Shown: positions 29,526 through 38,833, counted from the first letter of the stretch. The stretch: 64,000 bases of DNA from a virus (IMGVR_UViG_3300042295_001370:69673-133672); one strand, 5' to 3'. Notes: generated by a model not told the origin, from the letters alone. Numbers and translations are program-made.

Positions 29526-29772
29526 ACTGCTGCATCAACTGGCGCCAGTTATCTCCTTCCAATCGTATGACTGAGTAATCTCGGAGAAGGGTCAGTTCCA
29601 GCTCGTGATCTTCTGCCAACTCTTTGCGCAATTCAGTTTCGTCAATGTCCGAGACTGGTTCAGGATACCCCTCAGCATGCACCACATGGTTACCAAAAAT
29701 CACAGCCGCACCACAGGGAAATTGACGGAAAAATTCTTCCCAATCCCAATCGTCGTCCAAGTCTTGGCTCAT
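29497..29772 (-). CDS. acidic hypothetical protein
   Basis: 91-aa ORF starting MSQDLDDDWDWEEFF... Confidence 0.35.
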   Translation of the reverse strand: MSQDLDDDWDWEEFFRQFPCGAAVIFGNHVVHAEGYPEPVSDIDETELRKELAEDHELELTLLRDYSVIRLEGDNWRQLMQQYAGADGTQK

Positions 29773-29885
29773 TTCTTCAATCCTTGTGCTATGGGAATAA
29801 TGTGGTCAACACAACCAAGCTGGCAAACAACATGCTCAGCAGAAGGAACAACAAACTTTCCCAATTCATAATACGGCTACCATGT

Positions 29886-30092
29886 CTATTTGTTCTTTTG
29901 TTTGACTACAGTATCTCCAGATACAATGCGCCAATTCATACCGTATCCGGGTTTGGAGATCATCGTATCATAGGCTTGAACTGCATCAGCTAGCCTGTCA
30001 TAGGTTTTGTGCAAGGTCCATTGCTTGAATGGAGCACCACGCAAGCTGTTTTTGCGGAAGAAACTGCTGAGCCGTTTTTCAATCCTAAACAT
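29886..30092 (-). CDS. hypothetical protein
   Basis: Trimmed to the Met that follows an AAGGTG ribosome-binding site. A GTTGACA-N17-TACTGT promoter-like element at 30120-30148 lies inside the ORF-track's extended ORF. Confidence 0.3.
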   Translation of the reverse strand: MFRIEKRLSSFFRKNSLRGAPFKQWTLHKTYDRLADAVQAYDTMISKPGYGMNWRIVSGDTVVKQKNK

Positions 30093-30143
30093 TGAACACA
30101 CCTTATTGTGCAGCTTGCACAGTAGCACATGTCTGTCACTATG

Positions 30144-30422
30144 TCAACTGTAGTTGAAATGCAGCTGAGCAGAAAACTCACGCATGCAATGAGGATCCTC
30201 TAGATTTGTGAGTGCCAATGGTGTGAGCAGATACTTGCATGCCACATGCTCACGATTGACACCTTCAAAAGTTTCTGCACCCTGCACCCAAAAACTGCCA
30301 TTGGGCACAGCCTGCTGAAACTTTTCTCGGGCATCCTGGGGGTCTCTAGCAACGCCAATCCACAGGCTCAAGGTATGTCCCTCGCCTGTGGCAAAATAAC
30401 TCACAGCTACGGTATAGAGCAC
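30144..30422 (-). CDS. hypothetical protein
   Basis: 92-aa ORF. Confidence 0.3.
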   Translation of the reverse strand: MLYTVAVSYFATGEGHTLSLWIGVARDPQDAREKFQQAVPNGSFWVQGAETFEGVNREHVACKYLLTPLALTNLEDPHCMREFSAQLHFNYS

Positions 30423-30634
30423 TAGCTGGGTCCTTTCCAGGTGAGTTGGGCATATGCACGATCAAAGTTACACTTTTGCAAATGCACGGCTTGTTCGTAG
30501 AGATCAAGATCAATCACTATCCATCGCAGCTTGTCGGGAGTTTGATCCCAAATCTCCCGATCAAACCAACTGTCAATAGCCTGGGTGATTTCTTCATCAC
30601 TGAGATTCAACAGCCAGGTGCGCATCAAGTGCAT
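30422..30634 (-). CDS. LTW-family small protein (paralog)
   Basis: Ends ...AYAQLTWKGPS. Confidence 0.35.
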   Translation of the reverse strand: MHLMRTWLLNLSDEEITQAIDSWFDREIWDQTPDKLRWIVIDLDLYEQAVHLQKCNFDRAYAQLTWKGPS

Positions 30635-30637
30635 AAG

Positions 30638-30946
30638 TCACACTGCCTCTGCCGCTGGGGTGGTAAGCTCCCGCAGCCTCTCCAAGGCCTCTTCTTGCGT
30701 GGTATAGAATTCAAACATGGTGTGGCCAAACCGCTCTTCCAATCCCCTCTGCCAGTTGATGACATTTTGGCCCAGCGTGCGGAACCCTGGCACGCCCCGG
30801 TAGACGCTGTAGCCCCAGATGATGGGCCCAAACTCGGGATGGGGGACAATCTTGCAGCAGATAATTTCAGGAAAGCTTTCAAACCCATACACACACCACA
30901 ATGTTTGATTGTGATGGTGTGGGTGGGCTGGGTTATAGCACAGCAT
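30638..30946 (-). CDS. Trp-rich small protein, LTW-family-like
   Basis: W..W....FEF.T.EEA C-terminal pattern, similar to the family's 'EEQAAEFALIWT' endings. Confidence 0.3.
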   Translation of the reverse strand: MLCYNPAHPHHHNQTLWCVYGFESFPEIICCKIVPHPEFGPIIWGYSVYRGVPGFRTLGQNVINWQRGLEERFGHTMFEFYTTQEEALERLRELTTPAAEAV

Positions 30947-30951
30947 GTTGG

Positions 30952-31221
30952 TTATTCCCGGATACCAAAATAGTGTTTCAATACGTCTCCGGTGACGACC
31001 TTGGTCCCGTCCAGTCGCTGGAAGTATTCATTGCGACCCTCATCCATCCGGTCCACAATGTCAGCACATTCTCTCACAATCAGTTCAGCAAACTTATTCC
31101 TGAACGCTTGCTCGTAGTATTCGGGCAGCACTTGAAGACCACGCTGGCGTAGACTGCCAACATAGTCACTGGCATGCTCATCAGCTTGATCTGTGAGGCG
31201 ATTGATAATATCTGATTTCAT
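30952..31221 (-). CDS. hypothetical protein
   Basis: 89-aa ORF. Confidence 0.35.
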   Translation of the reverse strand: MKSDIINRLTDQADEHASDYVGSLRQRGLQVLPEYYEQAFRNKFAELIVRECADIVDRMDEGRNEYFQRLDGTKVVTGDVLKHYFGIRE

Positions 31222-31490
31222 CAGGGCAATCCCAACCTTTTTTGTAGGAGATTATTCAAAAATCCAAACAGCATGGCAACTGGTATTATGCTTGAGATCA
31301 CTATCCGATCAAACATGGTTTCCGGGCCATCCTTGTCCTTGACTGCCCAGGTTCGGAAAAACCAGCCGATGCTGAACAGTATCCATAGGATCATAAACAC
31401 ACCAACCCACAATGACAGATACAAGCTGACCAGATAGCATAGTCCTGTGACCAGTGCGATGGTGAGTAGGAGTGCTGTCACTTGCTCCAC
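31221..31490 (-). CDS. small membrane protein (2-3 TM helices)
   Basis: Strongly hydrophobic 89-aa ORF. Confidence 0.4.
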   Translation of the reverse strand: MEQVTALLLTIALVTGLCYLVSLYLSLWVGVFMILWILFSIGWFFRTWAVKDKDGPETMFDRIVISSIIPVAMLFGFLNNLLQKRLGLP

Positions 31491-31732
31491 TCTTTGTGGG
31501 GCTCAGGACAGATTTCCTGCACAGGACAGCTATCGCAATACCATTCTTCTTGCTGAGAGTGGATACAACCCCAGGGCTTGGCTTCCTCGTCCTTGCTCCA
31601 TCCCCACTTCACAGGCATAGTGTCCGCAATCCTGGTGCAGAGTTTCTGAAGCTTGGCTCTACTCAGCTTGAGTTCATGCTCCTGTCGAGCTCGGAGTGCG
31701 TCATACTCTTCTTGGGTGAGCAGGTATTGCAT
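31478..31732 (-). CDS. hypothetical Cys-containing protein
   Basis: 84-aa ORF. Confidence 0.35.
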   Translation of the reverse strand: MQYLLTQEEYDALRARQEHELKLSRAKLQKLCTRIADTMPVKWGWSKDEEAKPWGCIHSQQEEWYCDSCPVQEICPEPHKEWSK

Positions 31733-31741
31733 GGATTTACC

Positions 31742-31954
31742 TCATGTATTGTTTTGTAGGATAGCACAGAGGTTGGGTTGCGTCAACAGCCTTTCTGCCA
31801 TGTGCTTATACCATGGCCATCCATCCACGTGATCATGATACCAGTCCGCATCAGCATCCAGGGGAGGTTCCGGAAAAGGCTCAAAGCCACGGTATTCATC
31901 ATCAGCTCGAGCCAAGGCCAGTGCTATATGCCGAGTTTTGAGATCCTGGTTCAT
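31742..31954 (-). CDS. hypothetical protein
   Basis: Trimmed to an internal Met so that it abuts the upstream gene. Confidence 0.3.
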   Translation of the reverse strand: MNQDLKTRHIALALARADDEYRGFEPFPEPPLDADADWYHDHVDGWPWYKHMAERLLTQPNLCAILQNNT

Positions 31955-32334
31955 TCTTTTCCCTTCTTTGAGAACGTTTGAACAATCACCAACTTCTCCT
32001 CTTCCTTGACGTCTAGTTCGTAGGCCTCGCTCATCCAAGGAATGGATTCGGGTTCACCATGCTTGCCGCCACCATACCAGTAGGTCCAGCCTACCCAGGA
32101 ACCATCTGCCATCTGGGCAGCCACGCTCTGGCTTTCGTAGTGCCGGGAATATTCGCAGGGAATACCAGTTTCAACTTCGCCTTGGCGAAAGTCACACTCA
32201 ATGTCCCAGGCATCTTGCTCCTCGTAAAGCTCGTCCACATTGTCTGATGTGATAGCAGCAGGGTCAATGCTGAGTGAACCCTGGTTAACAAGATCGAGAA
32301 GGATTCGCTGTTTGATTTTCTGTGCCGGGGTCAT
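31951..32334 (-). CDS. hypothetical acidic protein
   Basis: 127-aa ORF. Confidence 0.35.
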   Translation of the reverse strand: MTPAQKIKQRILLDLVNQGSLSIDPAAITSDNVDELYEEQDAWDIECDFRQGEVETGIPCEYSRHYESQSVAAQMADGSWVGWTYWYGGGKHGEPESIPWMSEAYELDVKEEEKLVIVQTFSKKGKE

Positions 32335-32346
32335 CGTTTGTTGTCC

Positions 32347-32535
32347 TTATTCACTTTGAGGATACCTTGTGTAATTCTGGGGCGGCTCTACCAAATGTGC
32401 CCATGTCAACAGGAACATAGCATGATCTTCCCTGCGTGTCAACCACCAACTGCAACGCCACGCAGTGATGCCACCTGCTCTAAAAAAAAGTTGTAGGTAG
32501 TGGCCATCCGCTGTCCCATACTGTCCCGCACTCAC
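32347..32535 (-). CDS. LTW-family small protein ('FLLTW-HLV' subfamily)
   Basis: Ends ...HAMFLLTWAHLVEPPQ... Confidence 0.4.
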   Translation of the reverse strand: MSAGQYGTADGHYLQLFFRAGGITAWRCSWWLTRREDHAMFLLTWAHLVEPPQNYTRYPQSE

Positions 32536-32615
32536 CTGGCCACAACTGTTGGCACCATAGATTCACAGCTTCGAGTTCTCCCTTTGTGTGGGCACTCAAT
32601 GTTATCTTGAACTTG

Positions 32616-32870
32616 TCATTCACAACTTTCTGCCTCTTGGCTAGAGTCAACCAAATGACCCCAAGTCAGTAAAAACATGATGAGATCATCCTTGTGTTGA
32701 AAAGCCCAATCGCAAACATATACTCCACGCAAAAGATCTGAATTAGCCCAACCCATACACCAAGTCTGATACAAGCTTGTATCGCCCCACATGCGGCAGC
32801 ACCAGTTGTAAACTGGGATAAATTCTTCAAGTGAGTAAGCCATCACTGTCACAACATATGCATCACTCAT
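32616..32870 (-). CDS. LTW-family small protein ('FLLTW-HLV' subfamily)
   Basis: NWCCRMWGDT ... DDLIMFLLTWGHLV. Confidence 0.45.
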   Translation of the reverse strand: MSDAYVVTVMAYSLEEFIPVYNWCCRMWGDTSLYQTWCMGWANSDLLRGVYVCDWAFQHKDDLIMFLLTWGHLVDSSQEAESCE

Positions 32871-33168
32871 GGCTGTCCACCAAATGACTCCAGGTCAGCA
32901 GGAACATGGTGAGATCTTCTCGAAACTGAAAACTCCAGGTGCATTTGAATTCAAACCTTGCAAATACTTGCATTGTCATATTATCTTGATACCATGTGGC
33001 TCGATGAGTACAAGGCCACATTTGTAGGCACCATTCCTGAACTTGGTCAAGCTCCCGGAGTTTGGGTGCTACCAATGTGGCTGTGTAGGGCAGTATAGCC
33101 ATCACTATCGCCTGTTTATCTAGATTCAACCAGGTGCGCCCATGTGAGCAGGAACATGGTGAGATCAT
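32863..33168 (-). CDS. LTW-family small protein ('FLLTW-HLV' subfamily)
   Basis: ...EDLTMFLLTWSHLVDSHE. Confidence 0.45.
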   Translation of the reverse strand: MISPCSCSHGRTWLNLDKQAIVMAILPYTATLVAPKLRELDQVQEWCLQMWPCTHRATWYQDNMTMQVFARFEFKCTWSFQFREDLTMFLLTWSHLVDSHE

Positions 33169-33412
33169 CTTGGTGCCAGAAACTGCAAGTGATTTGCCAC
33201 CCCTTGCCTCTAGTTGTTAATCCAGCCCAGTGTATATGCCAGCGCCGCTCCTTACACGGCCATTGTTGCATGCACCAATCACACACTTGATCAAAATCAT
33301 CGCACATAGGCGCTACCAAAGTTACAAGGTAAGAGTCACTCATCAGCCTTGACTTGCCGAACAAGGATCCTTGTGGTCTCAATCCTATCCACTGCGGCCC
33401 AGGCCACACCAT
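33116..33412 (-). CDS. LTW-family small protein ('FLLTW-HLV' subfamily)
   Basis: DWCMQQWP ... DDLTMFLLTWAHLVESR. Confidence 0.45.
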   Translation of the reverse strand: MVWPGPQWIGLRPQGSLFGKSRLMSDSYLVTLVAPMCDDFDQVCDWCMQQWPCKERRWHIHWAGLTTRGKGWQITCSFWHQDDLTMFLLTWAHLVESR

Positions 33413-33530
33413 AGGTGTCCACCAGAGTTTTGATCTCTTGCTCAGCCTCTTCCAGCGTGGAGACTGTGCGCCAAGTGCCGTTGGGACTGCTCACTCGAAA
33501 CTTCACCGTGTCACCTTTGTAGGCCATCAT
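33336..33530 (-). CDS. hypothetical protein
   Basis: Start codon overlaps the ligase stop codon (ATGA). Confidence 0.35.
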   Translation of the reverse strand: MMAYKGDTVKFRVSSPNGTWRTVSTLEEAEQEIKTLVDTYGVAWAAVDRIETTRILVRQVKADE

Positions 33531-34744
33531 TCGTCTCCCACACTTTGCTGGCTCCACCGCGGCGCACGGAACAGTGAGCGTGCCTCGTCCACCCGGGTCT
33601 GCGTGCCAGTGCATTTGCGGATCACATCGCACACCAGCTCACGCCAGTCCACGTGGCCCTCACGGGCCCAGACCTTGAACACAGCACTACGCAGGTTGGG
33701 CTCAAGACCCGGTGCTGCCTCCAGTGCAAACCGCTTTCTATCGTCACCAAACTGCCGCCGGAGCTTGACATACTGGTCCTTCCATATGTAGGCAGTTTGC
33801 CCCACACCCGTCCAGAAGGCGTTCTCGTAGGCGTCGATGCGAGCCAGGTCCTCCACAGGCAGAAAGCTCTTGACGTCGTCCAGCTTTTCCGCCAGCATGA
33901 GGTCGATGAGGTTCTTCTCCTGCGTGAGAGCATCCTTGGCACGGTGGATACGCACATACCAGGCCGATTTCAACTTGGCCATATGTCCATCATCCCACCG
34001 GATGATCCACCCCTCCTCGCCTTCCAGCTCATGCGTCTCCCGAACGAGCTGCTCCATGCTAGCCACAGTACCAGGATAGGCCTTGACTAGATCCAGCTCA
34101 TACTCGGCCGCCAGTTCCTGCATCTGAGAGTAGGTGAGATACTCACCCGAGTTGATGTGACGCACAGCAGTCAGCACCAGTCGATCAACTGGATAATCAC
34201 ACACAATCTTTTGTTGACGAGTACACCACTCGAAACAGGCAGTGTATCCCTGCTCCAGTGTGTCTCGGATAAATCGGTCATAGTTGTCTCGAGTTGCCAC
34301 GAACGGCTCAACCTGTGCTGCTACAGCAGTGGGCCCCATCTTGGTTGCAAGACAGTAGCCCTTACCTAGAGGTAGAGCACGAATCATACTTCCATCCAAC
34401 TTCTCAAGGATGATGTGTGGCTGAGTGAGATCGATGTTTTCAATCAAAGTCTCGCGCCGTTCGCCCACGTTCCAAAACTTCTGAAATGCGCGGCTCACCA
34501 ACTTTCCATCAAGGCTGAACAGCAGCCCCCTACACTCCCGGCGGATAGCCTTGAGTCGAGTCTGCCGCTCGCGCATGCTGGCGCTGCCTCCAGCAGTATG
34601 GACCTCGGGGAACATGTCCGGGCCCATCTGAATGTAGTTGACCACAGTGCCCCAGGGCCGCTGGGCTACAATGAAGCCTTCCACACCCTGGACAGCTTCC
34701 AGCACTTGATCCAGGTGCGTGATCTCGGGAAACGTGTAGTGCAT
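33527..34744 (-). CDS. RNA ligase, Rnl1-like (nucleotidyltransferase KxDG family)
   Basis: Motif I 'IILEKLDGSMIRA' closely resembles T4 Rnl1 'TKEDGSLVS'. Size 405 aa. A GTTGACA-N16-TATACT promoter lies immediately upstream. Confidence 0.6.
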   Translation of the reverse strand: MHYTFPEITHLDQVLEAVQGVEGFIVAQRPWGTVVNYIQMGPDMFPEVHTAGGSASMRERQTRLKAIRRECRGLLFSLDGKLVSRAFQKFWNVGERRETLIENIDLTQPHIILEKLDGSMIRALPLGKGYCLATKMGPTAVAAQVEPFVATRDNYDRFIRDTLEQGYTACFEWCTRQQKIVCDYPVDRLVLTAVRHINSGEYLTYSQMQELAAEYELDLVKAYPGTVASMEQLVRETHELEGEEGWIIRWDDGHMAKLKSAWYVRIHRAKDALTQEKNLIDLMLAEKLDDVKSFLPVEDLARIDAYENAFWTGVGQTAYIWKDQYVKLRRQFGDDRKRFALEAAPGLEPNLRSAVFKVWAREGHVDWRELVCDVIRKCTGTQTRVDEARSLFRAPRWSQQSVGDE

Positions 34745-34772
34745 GTTCAGCGCCTTTCCAGCTACTGTGGGC

Positions 34773-34800
34773 AGTATAGCACGATTTTCAGGGCTGTCAA
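34773..34800 (-). promoter_or_regulatory. sigma70-like promoter TTGACA-N16-TATACT
   Basis: Reverse complement reads TTGACAgccctgaaaatcgtgcTATACT...ggaaaggcgctgaacATG. Confidence 0.5.
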
Positions 34801-34812
34801 CCCGTTTTTTGG

Positions 34813-35715
34813 CTAGATGTGGCAGTCAACAATGGTGATCAGTGTGTCCTCGGGCAGTCCGTTGATCATCTCATTCATCCGAGCATACCACTCACTCTTG
34901 GGCATGTCGTCTGTGCTCATGCCCCACCAGCCCATGCTGCCGCGCTCCATCCACGCACCGTCCTTGACAAATGCAAAGGTCATGCCAGCACTGTCTCGAG
35001 CAGTTTGCACATACTCTTCACGGCCGACCAGCACCGAGTCCTCACACCAAAACAAGTCTTTGGCTTGGTGCAGGGCCTGCCTGCCCGTTTGGTTATGATA
35101 GAAATTTCGAGCACCGTCAGTGTCCCTGGGGAAGCGTGAAATCACACTGTCCCAGCTTTCCCAAACATTTGGAGCAAGTGCCCGCACCCGATCCCAATAG
35201 ACTCCGGCCTTCTCGCCTGCCTCGTCACGCATGCCTGCCCAGTCGATGTCTCCCATCCTCGCCTGGTCAGCATACCCTTGTTTTGCTCCTTGGGTTCCCA
35301 GTCCAGGGCGGCCTTGCACACCCTTTGCACCAGGCTTGAGCTTGAGCGTGCCAGTCCATCGCCCACCAACCTCGTACCAGTCCCACTGCTTGTTGGGGTT
35401 GGTGCGCTTCACAGCCCGGACGAGCTCACCGTCCCGGACCACCACAAATCCAAACTTGTGCTCACCCTCTCGATCAACTTCGCTCTCATCTTCAACTACC
35501 TGGTCTTCAAAACCGTAATATTCCAGCGCATAGTCAAGGGCAGATTGGTCTTCCTCTGCATGTTCCTCCGCATCTTTCATATCGGCAAGGAACTTGTCAG
35601 TGACGTCCACATCCACCACATACTGGTCTGCCACACCAGTGCATTCAAACTCGTGGTAGGGAGCAAGCTGGGCTTCATGGTCAGGCCCAATAACCATAAC
35701 GGTGAAGTGACTCAT
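34813..35715 (-). CDS. hypothetical protein (300 aa)
   Basis: Confident ORF with its own promoter and ribosome-binding site. No motif recognised. Confidence 0.55.
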   Translation of the reverse strand: MSHFTVMVIGPDHEAQLAPYHEFECTGVADQYVVDVDVTDKFLADMKDAEEHAEEDQSALDYALEYYGFEDQVVEDESEVDREGEHKFGFVVVRDGELVRAVKRTNPNKQWDWYEVGGRWTGTLKLKPGAKGVQGRPGLGTQGAKQGYADQARMGDIDWAGMRDEAGEKAGVYWDRVRALAPNVWESWDSVISRFPRDTDGARNFYHNQTGRQALHQAKDLFWCEDSVLVGREEYVQTARDSAGMTFAFVKDGAWMERGSMGWWGMSTDDMPKSEWYARMNEMINGLPEDTLITIVDCHI

Positions 35716-35742
35716 TGCTGTATCCTCTGTTGCGTTGCGTGA

Positions 35743-35770
35743 GTTATAGCAGGTTTTGCAAGGTTGTCAA
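35743..35770 (-). promoter_or_regulatory. sigma70-like promoter TTGACA-N16-TATAAC
   Basis: Reverse complement reads TTGACAaccttgcaaaacctgcTATAAC...agaggatacagcaATG. Confidence 0.5.
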
Positions 35771-35814
35771 CTGGTTTGTTTTCGGATGATTGATGTGCTG
35801 GCTGCAGGCACACT

Positions 35815-36108
35815 TTACCTACAAAAACGTTCCACAACGGCACGACCATAAACATCATATCCCACTAGCCTATCAGTGCAAATGGGCTCTGGTGCAGGAG
35901 CATAGATGTTTGGTGCAATGATAGCGCCCAACACTGCACCGCCAACAATGCCCCCTACAAGAGGGGCTACCCAGTTTCCGCCACCGTGGTTATGGTGATG
36001 GTGGCGGTAGTGAGGCGCAGGAGTATAGCCATAGGGGCGGTAGTGGTATCCTTGCGCCCAACAGGGACTGGAGGACAGCAACATGAATGCAACAAGGAAC
36101 CTTTTCAT
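35815..36108 (-). CDS. small secreted/membrane His- and Gly-rich protein
   Basis: Signal-peptide-like N-terminus MKRFLVAFMLLSSSPCWA, then an HYRHHHHNHGGG stretch and a Gly-zipper-like hydrophobic segment. Confidence 0.45.
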   Translation of the reverse strand: MKRFLVAFMLLSSSPCWAQGYHYRPYGYTPAPHYRHHHHNHGGGNWVAPLVGGIVGGAVLGAIIAPNIYAPAPEPICTDRLVGYDVYGRAVVERFCR

Positions 36109-36116
36109 AACCTTAT

Positions 36117-36842
36117 TTAAGCGGCTGCTTGCAGTGTGTCAACACTCTGCTTGTTACGCATACGCTCGTAGATGCGCCAGGGCCGACTGTCCACTTCAAA
36201 AGGGTTGCTGACCTTTTGTGAGAGGGCTTGCAGTGCCAGTTGACGGTCAACTTCGCGACGCATCCTCTTGGCTCGTTGGAAACCAGCCAGCTGCAATCCT
36301 GGCAGCATGTCTGAGTATTGGGCTTCCAGTGACTTGCACTGTTCGCGTCGCGTTTGAGTAGCAGTGGCTTGCACCTCGTGGTTGCGCACCAAATGAGTCA
36401 ACTGCTTGATGCGCTTGTTCTGCTCAGCAGCCTCTCGGCGCATCTTACGTTCAAAAGCCAGTGAGCGAAAGCTGCCAGTCTCAGGCGCGGGCCGACTCAT
36501 TTCCATAGCCTGCAGGAAATCTTCCCAGGGCGTGTTGCCTCGACGGTTGTTGCATCGGCCACACGCCACAGCCAAGTTGGTGATGTGGTCAGTGCCACCA
36601 CAACTGCGAGGAGTGATGTGCTCAATGGTGGCACTGTTCTTGAAGCCTTGTTCGCCACGCATCTCGCAGTGACACCAGCAGCAGCGCCAACGCTGCACCT
36701 CAGCTAGCCGTGTGCGATCATACGCCTTGCGAGCCAGTGCTCGAGCCCGGCGAGCTTGATCCTGATTGGGATATACCTCCAGCCAATAGGGCAAGGTTCT
36801 CATCTGGGGATCATTTACGATGCTGGGCACATCAATTCGCAT
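36117..36842 (-). CDS. HNH endonuclease
   Basis: CCWCHCEMRGEQ...IEHITPRSCGGTDHITNLAVACGRCNNRRGN. Start moved to MRIDVPS because a GTTGACA-N17-TATGTT promoter and an AAGGAGA ribosome-binding site lie inside the ORF-track's extended ORF. Confidence 0.7.
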   Translation of the reverse strand: MRIDVPSIVNDPQMRTLPYWLEVYPNQDQARRARALARKAYDRTRLAEVQRWRCCWCHCEMRGEQGFKNSATIEHITPRSCGGTDHITNLAVACGRCNNRRGNTPWEDFLQAMEMSRPAPETGSFRSLAFERKMRREAAEQNKRIKQLTHLVRNHEVQATATQTRREQCKSLEAQYSDMLPGLQLAGFQRAKRMRREVDRQLALQALSQKVSNPFEVDSRPWRIYERMRNKQSVDTLQAAA

Positions 36843-36891
36843 ATCCGTCTCCTTTGCAACACCCACAACATACAGAGTCTGCACATCCGTG

Positions 36892-37200
36892 TCAACCACT
36901 ATGTCCTGTGTTGTTTTGCCAAACCAGCTGAAAATGCGTCACCAGTTCCCTAGTGGGGAAAGCGATATACTGGTATCCAAAAAGCTGTGTATATGCCCAA
37001 ACGCACTCACCTTGTGGTGGATCACCAATTCCAGTGTCACCAGGTCCTTGTTGGCGTAGCCAATCCAAGATTTCGTATTGTTGGCGGTAGTATTCCTCGC
37101 CAAGTGTAACAGAGCAGCAGAAAAGATCTTTGGGAAACAAAAGCAGCGCATTGTGGAAGACTCTGTCTTCTGTCACTTGGCTATCACAGTGAAATTCCAT
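36892..37200 (-). CDS. Trp-rich small protein, LTW-family-like
   Basis: Ends ...LVTHFQLVWQNNTGHSG. Confidence 0.3.
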   Translation of the reverse strand: MEFHCDSQVTEDRVFHNALLLFPKDLFCCSVTLGEEYYRQQYEILDWLRQQGPGDTGIGDPPQGECVWAYTQLFGYQYIAFPTRELVTHFQLVWQNNTGHSG

Positions 37201-37514
37201 CCATGGTATTGGATTTCCATGTGTTCACTTTCCAACCAAACTAGGAACTCTTGCCATAACTTGTGGTCTCGATGGCACACAAAACGTGGAGGGTGTTCAG
37301 GATTTTGAGGGTCAGTCCAGTTATTTCCAGGAGTAAACATGAGCATGGGCCGATTTTCCAAAACACAACTGATGATCTGGCTTTTAAAGCGTTCCAGATC
37401 ATAGTGCTGGTCATGCACACGTTCTCGCTCACGTTGCACTGCCAACAACGTGGTTCTCAACAGCTCTTGATCCAACAGCATTTGGCGTTGGTGTAGGTGT
37501 TGTCCCAATTTCAC
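37173..37514 (-). CDS. hypothetical protein
   Basis: 113-aa ORF. Confidence 0.3.
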   Translation of the reverse strand: MKLGQHLHQRQMLLDQELLRTTLLAVQRERERVHDQHYDLERFKSQIISCVLENRPMLMFTPGNNWTDPQNPEHPPRFVCHRDHKLWQEFLVWLESEHMEIQYHGWNFTVIAK

Positions 37515-37696
37515 CGACGCGCCCTGCGATACTCGCGTTCAGCCCATGTACTCAGCTTGTCAGCTTCATCAGCATAGCGTGCCCGGCTGATCTCCCCTCG
37601 CATATAACGCTCGTCCAGGCGATCTGTTGCACGTTCCACGGTACGCTCAATCTGATCTTCGGTCATGTGTGGATAGCTCACTTGGTTTATCAACAT
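37511..37696 (-). CDS. small hypothetical protein
   Basis: 61-aa basic ORF. Confidence 0.25.
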   Translation of the reverse strand: MLINQVSYPHMTEDQIERTVERATDRLDERYMRGEISRARYADEADKLSTWAEREYRRARR

Positions 37697-37764
37697 CTGT
37701 AATTTAGCGGGTTTGACACTTTTGTCAAGGAGAAAGGTGAGCTTTCACCCACCTTTCTGTTTGA

Positions 37765-38685
37765 TTACTTCACATGCACAAAGGGCAGTGCTGCACCTGG
37801 GACCATAGTGGTAGGGAGCTTACCGTCCCATCGCTCTGCAGCCGTAAGTGTGACTAGCTCTGCGTTCGCGCGAAGTGCATCGCCTCGGGCCCGGATGGCC
37901 TTGGCTTCAGCTTCGCCGCGCAGTTGGATAGCTTCAGCTTCAGCTCCAGCTCGTGCCTTGACTGCATCAGCTTCGGCCTGCGCTTTGGTTACAACAATTT
38001 CAGCCTGCACCTTCTCTCGGATCGCATCCTGTCGATCTCTTTCAACAGCCACCTCCGCGAGCATTCGCTGTTCGATGGATTTTTCGTAAGCGTCACTGAA
38101 ATCAATGTTTTCAATAGCCAGATTCTCGATCACAAACGGCCCTTTGATGTTGGCCACAATGGCCGCCTTGACATCTGTGCCCAGTCGGGTGCGATCCTGA
38201 ATCGCTGTGACTGCGTTGTAGCGACCCATTACGTTCTTGAGCTCGTCACGCACACCCGGCAGGATCACACGGTCTTGAACTCCTCGGAGCCCGCCAAACT
38301 CCTTGTAGACATCGTCCACATTGTCTTCGCTCACACGCCAGCTCACCGAGAAGGTGATAGTTGCAGGTTGCTGGTCTCGGCTGTAGACCGCTTCCTTGTC
38401 CAGTCGCAGCAGGACGGTCTCGGTGCTCATGAGCACCACATTGTCGATGAAGGGGATTTTGAATCCCAGCCCTGGCTGCACCACGCTCACCAGCTTGCCG
38501 TTGCGGAGCAGCACACCGCGCTGACGCTCATCAACTGTGTACCAGCTGCCGAGGATCACTGTGAGTGCCAGCAGAGCAGCCATTGCGCCACCTACCATGG
38601 TAGCGATGAATCGAGCGTTCACTCGGGGAGTCTCCTGTAGAGGGTTGATTCGAGGATTGGAGTCACGCGGAGGTTGATTCCACAT
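37765..38685 (-). CDS. SPFH/band-7 (prohibitin/HflC-like) membrane protein
   Basis: N-terminal TM helix, then an SPFH core (VLLRNGKLVSVVQPGLGFKIPFIDNVVLMSTE...), then an Ala/Glu-rich coiled-coil tail. Confidence 0.7.
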   Translation of the reverse strand: MWNQPPRDSNPRINPLQETPRVNARFIATMVGGAMAALLALTVILGSWYTVDERQRGVLLRNGKLVSVVQPGLGFKIPFIDNVVLMSTETVLLRLDKEAVYSRDQQPATITFSVSWRVSEDNVDDVYKEFGGLRGVQDRVILPGVRDELKNVMGRYNAVTAIQDRTRLGTDVKAAIVANIKGPFVIENLAIENIDFSDAYEKSIEQRMLAEVAVERDRQDAIREKVQAEIVVTKAQAEADAVKARAGAEAEAIQLRGEAEAKAIRARGDALRANAELVTLTAAERWDGKLPTTMVPGAALPFVHVK

Positions 38686-38833
38686 ATCAGTTGGGGTCCT
38701 TGCGGTCGGGAGGGGTTCGGTTGCGATCGTAGAAACTTTCGATCAGTTTGCTGGCACCATAGGCACATACGCCAATGAGCACCAGAGCACCGATGAGTTC
38801 AATCAGCAATAGCACAGGCAGTGTCCTTTGTTG

